Origin: a virus | Strand: one strand, 5' to 3' | IMG/VR virus record: IMGVR_UViG_3300024955_000001 | Span: 4,579 to 68,578 of that record | DNA length: 64,000 nt | In this document: positions 59,443 through 64,000 of the stretch, piece after piece | Layout of the letters: each line of letters opens with the position of its first letter | How positions within the stretch are numbered: the first letter of the stretch is position 1 | Program-made: the position numbers and the translations under genes | Notes under the pieces: generated by a model | The model's input: only the letters and a program-made list of their open reading frames with translations | What the model was told of the DNA's origin: nothing | Database searches by the model: none

Positions 59443-60155
59443 CCGGCCCCAAAAAACCGACCTACGGGGAGTTGGCTGCAATCTACCGCGAGGCAAATGG
59501 CGAACTCACCGGGAAAGCCCAGCCCATCACCACACCGCGCATATTCCGAGCAATGCAGGCGGCCATCACTCGCTGGGGCGAACAGTCCGCTGGGGCAACT
59601 TTCCAGCAGCGCGTGCAGCCGTGGCTGCTGGAGTGCTTCGGCGCCGAGATCGCGGCAGACCGCACAGAGCGCAACCACCGGTTTCTGGAGGAATCTCTGG
59701 AACTGGTGCAGGCCCTGGGGTGCACGGCCAGCGAGGCGCACCAGCTGGTTGACTACGTGTTTGGCCGTCCCGTTGGCGATCCACCGCAGGAAGTCGGAGG
59801 CGTGATGGTCACGCTGGCTGCGCTCTGCCTCGCCAACGGTCTGGACATGCACGATGCCGGGGAGGTGGAGCTGTCGCGCATCAGTGTGCCCGAGCTGGTG
59901 GCCAAGATCCGGGCCAAGCAGGCAGCAAAGCCGAAGCATTCGCCATTGCCTGTCGCGCACCCAAGTAAGCCTACGCCAGTACGGGGGGCGCTGACACCTG
60001 AGCAGACAACTGCAGCCGCCAAGAAGCTGGCCGAGTGCATGGACTACCCGTGGGAGCACATGCCCGAACAGGGGCGCGCAGAAATGCGAAAGCATGCCCA
60101 GTCCGTTATCGAAGCCGCCAACAGCGGGAAGGGGGCGCGCGATGGCAGTCTGTAA
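59439..60155 (+). CDS. MazG-like all-alpha NTP pyrophosphohydrolase candidate
   Basis: ATG 59439 (MTGPKKPTYGEL). 238 aa. ERNHRFLEESLELVQA...EVGGVMVTLAALCLANGLDMHDAGEVEL pattern. Confidence 0.4.
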   Translation: MTGPKKPTYGELAAIYREANGELTGKAQPITTPRIFRAMQAAITRWGEQSAGATFQQRVQPWLLECFGAEIAADRTERNHRFLEESLELVQALGCTASEAHQLVDYVFGRPVGDPPQEVGGVMVTLAALCLANGLDMHDAGEVELSRISVPELVAKIRAKQAAKPKHSPLPVAHPSKPTPVRGALTPEQTTAAAKKLAECMDYPWEHMPEQGRAEMRKHAQSVIEAANSGKGARDGSL

Positions 60156-60354
60156 ACACGGGATGCCTCTCTCGTTCGGTTGCGACGACTGCACGATCTC
60201 AGGCCTCAATGACCAGCGAAAGCAGGATGAGGCACTCATCAAAGACCTGGCCGATGCTCTGGCTTCGTGTAGCTCAGTGCCTCACTGGCCATCGCATCAG
60301 CCCATCCTCGCTGCCGCCCGCACCCGACTGGCCCAGCCGACGCCCGCGCCCTGA
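60142..60354 (+). CDS. hypothetical protein
   Basis: ATG 60142 (MAVCKHGMPLSFGCDDC). 70 aa. Confidence 0.4.
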   Translation: MAVCKHGMPLSFGCDDCTISGLNDQRKQDEALIKDLADALASCSSVPHWPSHQPILAAARTRLAQPTPAP

Positions 60355-60375
60355 CAGGCCCCACCCCACAACACA

Positions 60376-60398
60376 GCCCCGCTCATGCGGGGTTTTTC
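60376..60398 (+). terminator. intrinsic terminator upstream of methyltransferase block
   Basis: ccccgc-tcat-gcgggg + TTTTT. Confidence 0.7.
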
Positions 60399-60413
60399 GT
60401 TTCTGGAGCAACG

Positions 60414-62171
60414 ATGCTTACCCCCCAATTCATCCTGGCGCTTTCCGCCAAGCTGGTGATCGACCTCTTTGCCGGTGGCGGCGGCGCCAGCACCGGCATC
60501 GAACAGGCCATTGGCCGGCATGTCGATGTGGCGATCAACCACGACGCCGACGCCATTGGCATGCACGAGATCAACCACCCGCAGACCCGGCACTACCGGG
60601 AAGACATTCGCCGGGTTGATCCTCTGGCCGTCACGCGCGGTGAGGCCGTGGGTCTGCTGCACGCATCACCGGACTGCACCCACCACAGCCAGGCCCTGGG
60701 CGGCCAGCCGCGCAGCCAGGAGATCCGCTCACTGGCCTGGATGGTGCACCGCTGGGCAGGCAAGACCCGGCCCGATGTCATCACGCTGGAGAACGTCGAG
60801 CAGATGCTGCAGTGGTCCCCGCTGGTGGCAAAGCGCGACCCCGCCACCGGCCGCGTCATCACCCTGGACAAGATCACCTGCGCCAACGGCAAGACCACCT
60901 ACCGCGTGGCCGATCCGGGCGAGGTGGTTCCACGGGGCAATCAATTCCTGGTGCCCGACCCCACGCGCAAGGGCAAGAACTGGAACCATTTTGTGGAGGG
61001 CCTACGGGCCATGGGCTACAAGGTGGAGTGGCGGGTGATCTGCAATGCCAAGGTGGGCTGCCGCAGCACGCGCACCCGGCTCTACATGATCGCCCGGTGC
61101 GATGGCCTGCCCATCGTGTGGCCTGAGCTGACCCACGCCAAGAACCCCACAGGCAAGCAGAAGCCGTACAAGCAGGCCGCCGAGTGCATCGACTGGAGCA
61201 TCCCGGGCACCAGCATCTTCGGCCGCAAAAAGGAGCTGGCCGAGGCCACCATGCGGCGCATTGCCTACGGCATGAAGCGGTTCGTGCTGGAGAGCAAAGA
61301 CCCGTTCATCGTGGAAGGCGCGGCCCACACGCTGGTGCAGACTGGCTATGGTGAGGCAGAGGGCCAGGCCCCGCGCGCCATGGACATTCAATCCGCCATC
61401 GGCACGATGGTGGCGGGCGGCATCAAGCATGCGGTGGCATCTGCCTACCTCGTGCAGGCTGGCCACGGCGAAGGCTCCGGCGACAGCAAGCGCCGCAGCT
61501 ACGGGGTGAACGACGTGCAGGGCCCCGTGGGCACGGTCACTGCCAGCGGCGGCGGCCAGAGCTTGGCAACCGCCTTCATGGTGCAAGCCAACGGCGGACA
61601 TAACACCGTGCACGCCCGCGACCTGCGCAACGGGGTATCGACCATCACCACCAGCGGCAGCCAGCAGCAACTGGCCGTGGCCCACCTCACCACGCTGCGC
61701 AAGCACAGCATCGGCCGCGATGCGCGCGACCCGGTGCCGGTGGTATCAGCAGGCGGCGAACACCACGCCCTGGTGCAGTACGAGCTGGGCAAGGAGGACG
61801 AGGCGGATGCCCTGCGCTGCGCTGCCTTCCTGATGCGCTACCACGCCAGCGGAGGTCAGTGGGCAGACCCGCGCGACCCCATGACCACCATCACCACGCA
61901 CGACCGCCTGGCGCTGGTGACGGTATGGCTCAAGGGCGAGCCCTGGGTGATCGTGGACATCACGCTGCGCATGCTCACCCCGCGCGAGCTTTACAACGCC
62001 CAGGACTTCCCGCCTGACTACGTGATCGACCGCACATCCAGCGGCAAGAAGCTCACGAAGACAGCCCAGGTGCGGATGGCCGGGAACAGCGTCAGCCCAT
62101 TGCCCATGCGGCTGATCGTGGCAGCCAACTACTCCGAGGCGGCCAACGGCGCGATGCGCAAAGCCGCATGA
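60414..62171 (+). CDS. DNA (cytosine-5) methyltransferase
   Basis: 585 aa. DLFAGGGGAS (motif I), HASPDCTHHS (motif IV Pro-Cys), TLENVEQM (motif VI), QDFPPDY, GNSVSP (motif X). Large variable region. Confidence 0.85.
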   Translation: MLTPQFILALSAKLVIDLFAGGGGASTGIEQAIGRHVDVAINHDADAIGMHEINHPQTRHYREDIRRVDPLAVTRGEAVGLLHASPDCTHHSQALGGQPRSQEIRSLAWMVHRWAGKTRPDVITLENVEQMLQWSPLVAKRDPATGRVITLDKITCANGKTTYRVADPGEVVPRGNQFLVPDPTRKGKNWNHFVEGLRAMGYKVEWRVICNAKVGCRSTRTRLYMIARCDGLPIVWPELTHAKNPTGKQKPYKQAAECIDWSIPGTSIFGRKKELAEATMRRIAYGMKRFVLESKDPFIVEGAAHTLVQTGYGEAEGQAPRAMDIQSAIGTMVAGGIKHAVASAYLVQAGHGEGSGDSKRRSYGVNDVQGPVGTVTASGGGQSLATAFMVQANGGHNTVHARDLRNGVSTITTSGSQQQLAVAHLTTLRKHSIGRDARDPVPVVSAGGEHHALVQYELGKEDEADALRCAAFLMRYHASGGQWADPRDPMTTITTHDRLALVTVWLKGEPWVIVDITLRMLTPRELYNAQDFPPDYVIDRTSSGKKLTKTAQVRMAGNSVSPLPMRLIVAANYSEAANGAMRKAA

Positions 62172-62374
62172 CGACAGCCCCCGACTGGAACGCCGCAGAC
62201 AAGGCCTACCAGGCACACCACGCCATCTGCCCCACCTGTCGCGCGGCCGGCGCCAACCCCAACCACCTGCAGCGCTGCCCCACCGGGGCGCCGCTGTGGG
62301 CCACCTATCAAGCAGCGGGGATGCCCCCGCATTTCACCTGGCTGCGGAAGCGGCCAACAGGGAAGAAACCATGA
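62168..62374 (+). CDS. small Cys-containing hypothetical protein
   Basis: 68 aa. ATGA overlaps on both sides. Confidence 0.45.
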   Translation: MTTAPDWNAADKAYQAHHAICPTCRAAGANPNHLQRCPTGAPLWATYQAAGMPPHFTWLRKRPTGKKP

Positions 62375-62892
62375 ATCAAGAATCTGTCCACGTCCTGGAC
62401 CCATGCTGCGGCAGTCGAATGATGTGGTTCGACAAAGCTGATCCCCGGGCAGTCTTTGGCGATCAGCGCCGCGAGACGATCACCGTCACCGACCGCTCGC
62501 ACCGCGATGACGGCACGCGCACCTTGCGCATTGAGCCCGATGTGCTGCTGGACTTCCGGGCTCTGCCCTACCCAGACTGCAGTTTCAAGTTGGTGGCGTT
62601 CGACCCGCCGCATGTGGTGCGCGCAGGCCCCCGCAGCTGGCTGGCCGCGAAGTACGGGAAGCTGGGGCAGGACTGGCGCGACGACATGCGCCAAGGCTTT
62701 GCTGAGTGTTTCCGCGTGCTGGAACCCGGTGGAGTGCTGGTCTTCAAGTGGAACGAAACGCAGGTGAAGCTGGCCGAGGTGCTGGCCACCACGCCCGCGA
62801 GGCCTCTTTTTGGGCAGGTCAGCGGGCGCCGGGGAATGACCCACTGGCTAGTCTTTATGAAGCCCTTTGCGCAGGAAGGCGGTGCAGCATGA
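62371..62892 (+). CDS. small SAM-dependent (probable N6A/N4C DNA) methyltransferase
   Basis: ATG 62371 (MNQESVHVLDPCCGS). 173 aa. LDPCCGS (SAM motif I) and FDPPHV (DPPY-like motif IV). Confidence 0.6.
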   Translation: MNQESVHVLDPCCGSRMMWFDKADPRAVFGDQRRETITVTDRSHRDDGTRTLRIEPDVLLDFRALPYPDCSFKLVAFDPPHVVRAGPRSWLAAKYGKLGQDWRDDMRQGFAECFRVLEPGGVLVFKWNETQVKLAEVLATTPARPLFGQVSGRRGMTHWLVFMKPFAQEGGAA

Positions 62893-63344
62893 AGATGGCA
62901 AAACCCTCCACGCGCGACCTTGACGCTGGCATGTCGCTGCTGGGCGTGCTTGACGCAATAGACGGACGCTTCGGCGGGCCGTGGCCCAACTGCGACTGCC
63001 CGGATCGCATCAACGATCTGGATGGGGACTTCGACTGCGAGGACGTGAACCACCTGCGGGCGCTATACAACAGCCTATCCGACTTGCTGCGCACTGCTCC
63101 GGGATTCGCCGGCCGGGTGATCTTCGGCATGTGCGGCGTCATCTGCTACGACAAGAATCTGTTCTTGAACCCTGGCGTGGACTACCTGGACATGCACCCT
63201 GATGTTCAAGCCGGCCTGCGCCTTCTAGCAGCCCAGCGTGCCGACTTCCTGCCCAAGCTGGAGCGCGAGGCACGCGCGGCGGTGGCCACAGCCATCAATG
63301 CATCCGCCGACCGCCACCTGCGGGAAATGGGTCTGTCGCCATGA
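62889..63344 (+). CDS. hypothetical protein
   Basis: ATG 62889 (ATGA overlap). 151 aa. Confidence 0.5.
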   Translation: MKMAKPSTRDLDAGMSLLGVLDAIDGRFGGPWPNCDCPDRINDLDGDFDCEDVNHLRALYNSLSDLLRTAPGFAGRVIFGMCGVICYDKNLFLNPGVDYLDMHPDVQAGLRLLAAQRADFLPKLEREARAAVATAINASADRHLREMGLSP

Positions 63345-63562
63345 CCACGCGCCCCTCCCTCTCGCCTGCCCAGCGCAACGCGCTATGGCGGGCCACGGTG
63401 GGGCAACAGCCCTCCAAAGACCACCGCACCCTGCAGGCCCTGCACCGCAAGGGCTTGCTCCAAGGAATCGACCACAAGCCGACAGCAGCGGGCGCCGCGT
63501 ATTTCGCCCTGCCCGCCAGTTCGTGCCAACCCCGTGAAATGCAAGGAGCCAGCACAGCATGA
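63341..63562 (+). CDS. hypothetical protein
   Basis: 73 aa. Confidence 0.45.
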   Translation: MTTRPSLSPAQRNALWRATVGQQPSKDHRTLQALHRKGLLQGIDHKPTAAGAAYFALPASSCQPREMQGASTA

Positions 63563-63756
63563 ACACCGCACAACACCAACTCGCCTATCAGATCAACCGT
63601 GCCGCCGAAAAGCTCGATGTCTCCCGCTCGACCATCTACCGGCTGGTCAACGACAAGCACTTGACGCTGGTGAAAGTCGGCAAGCGCGCCAGCCGGATCA
63701 CGGCGAAAAGCATCCACGACTACCTGGCATCCCGGGCAGGCGACAATGCCAAGTAG
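63559..63756 (+). CDS. xis: excisionase-family / AlpA-like HTH protein
   Basis: 65 aa. AAEKLDVSRSTIYRLVNDKHLTLVKVGKRASRI is the HTH_17/excisionase pattern. Last gene before an AT-richer repeat-containing region. Confidence 0.6.
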   Translation: MNTAQHQLAYQINRAAEKLDVSRSTIYRLVNDKHLTLVKVGKRASRITAKSIHDYLASRAGDNAK

Positions 63757-64000
63757 GCCCACGGCGCACGGTTCGCCAAGGGCAATAAATTCGGGTAGCT
63801 AGCTGGGTAGCCAGCCGCAAAAATCCCAACACAACCAACGCAACACGTTGATTCAAAAAAGGTTTTCTCACCAATGCAAATTGCCACCTGGAATTTCAAT
63901 TAGTGTTTCAGAGTGGGTCACAACGTCTCAGTAAGTATCGCAAACCGTTGTTTTCATTGGGTTTTTTGATTCACACTGTCGCACACTGATTCTCATTGGC

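Larger units (their letters stand above)
1..63756. mobile_element. temperate phage / prophage genome segment (podovirus-like; Bcep22-/epsilon15-like layout)
   Basis: Contiguous late (terS to tail fibres), early-left (cro to Rha), immunity (cI-like) and early-right (ends in excisionase-like HTH) modules. No host housekeeping genes recognised in the window. Confidence 0.85.

Noticed and set aside
63757-64000. A tRNA gene or tmRNA fragment as the integration target at the right end.
   Set aside because: No cloverleaf-compatible sequence and no GGTTCGAATCC-type T-arm seen. Only short direct repeats.

Overview
The 64-kb, high-GC (roughly 63-65% by eye) window is essentially one temperate, podovirus-like phage or prophage genome. 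The layout is reminiscent of Bcep22-/epsilon15-like phages of Burkholderiales, and I saw no host housekeeping genes. Modules: (i) 1-37.1 kb, minus strand, late operon. It runs terS, terL, portal, three small genes, scaffold, major capsid, head/tail proteins, ejection proteins, one 4301-codon polyvalent gene (N6-methyltransferase, SNF2 helicase, PLxRFG module), tail fibres and the start of a lysis cassette. (ii) 37.2-45.6 kb, minus strand, early-left operon. It runs cro-like, O-like initiator with in-gene iterons, P-like, RuvC, HNH, DUF1364-like and Rha, then small genes behind a sigma70-like promoter. (iii) 45.6-46.75 kb, plus strand: cI-like S24 repressor plus a signal-peptide HNH nuclease and a terminator. 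(iv) 46.8-63.8 kb, plus strand: an operator-controlled rightward operon. It has a long structured leader, a lipoprotein moron, ERF/exonuclease recombination genes, DUF2303, a J-domain protein, a MazG-like protein, two DNA methyltransferases and an excisionase-like HTH, and it is punctuated by at least five intrinsic terminators. Most interesting observations: a codon-biased 99-codon ORF embedded in the +1 frame of the giant gene; an FDQFD motif shared by the giant protein N-terminus and a divergently encoded membrane moron; eight same-strand copies of CCCNGyATAGGG in late intergenic spacers; mirror-image operator triplets with apparently leaderless cro/cI; and a nut-like leader. All functional calls rest on motif recognition by eye. 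No searches were run.
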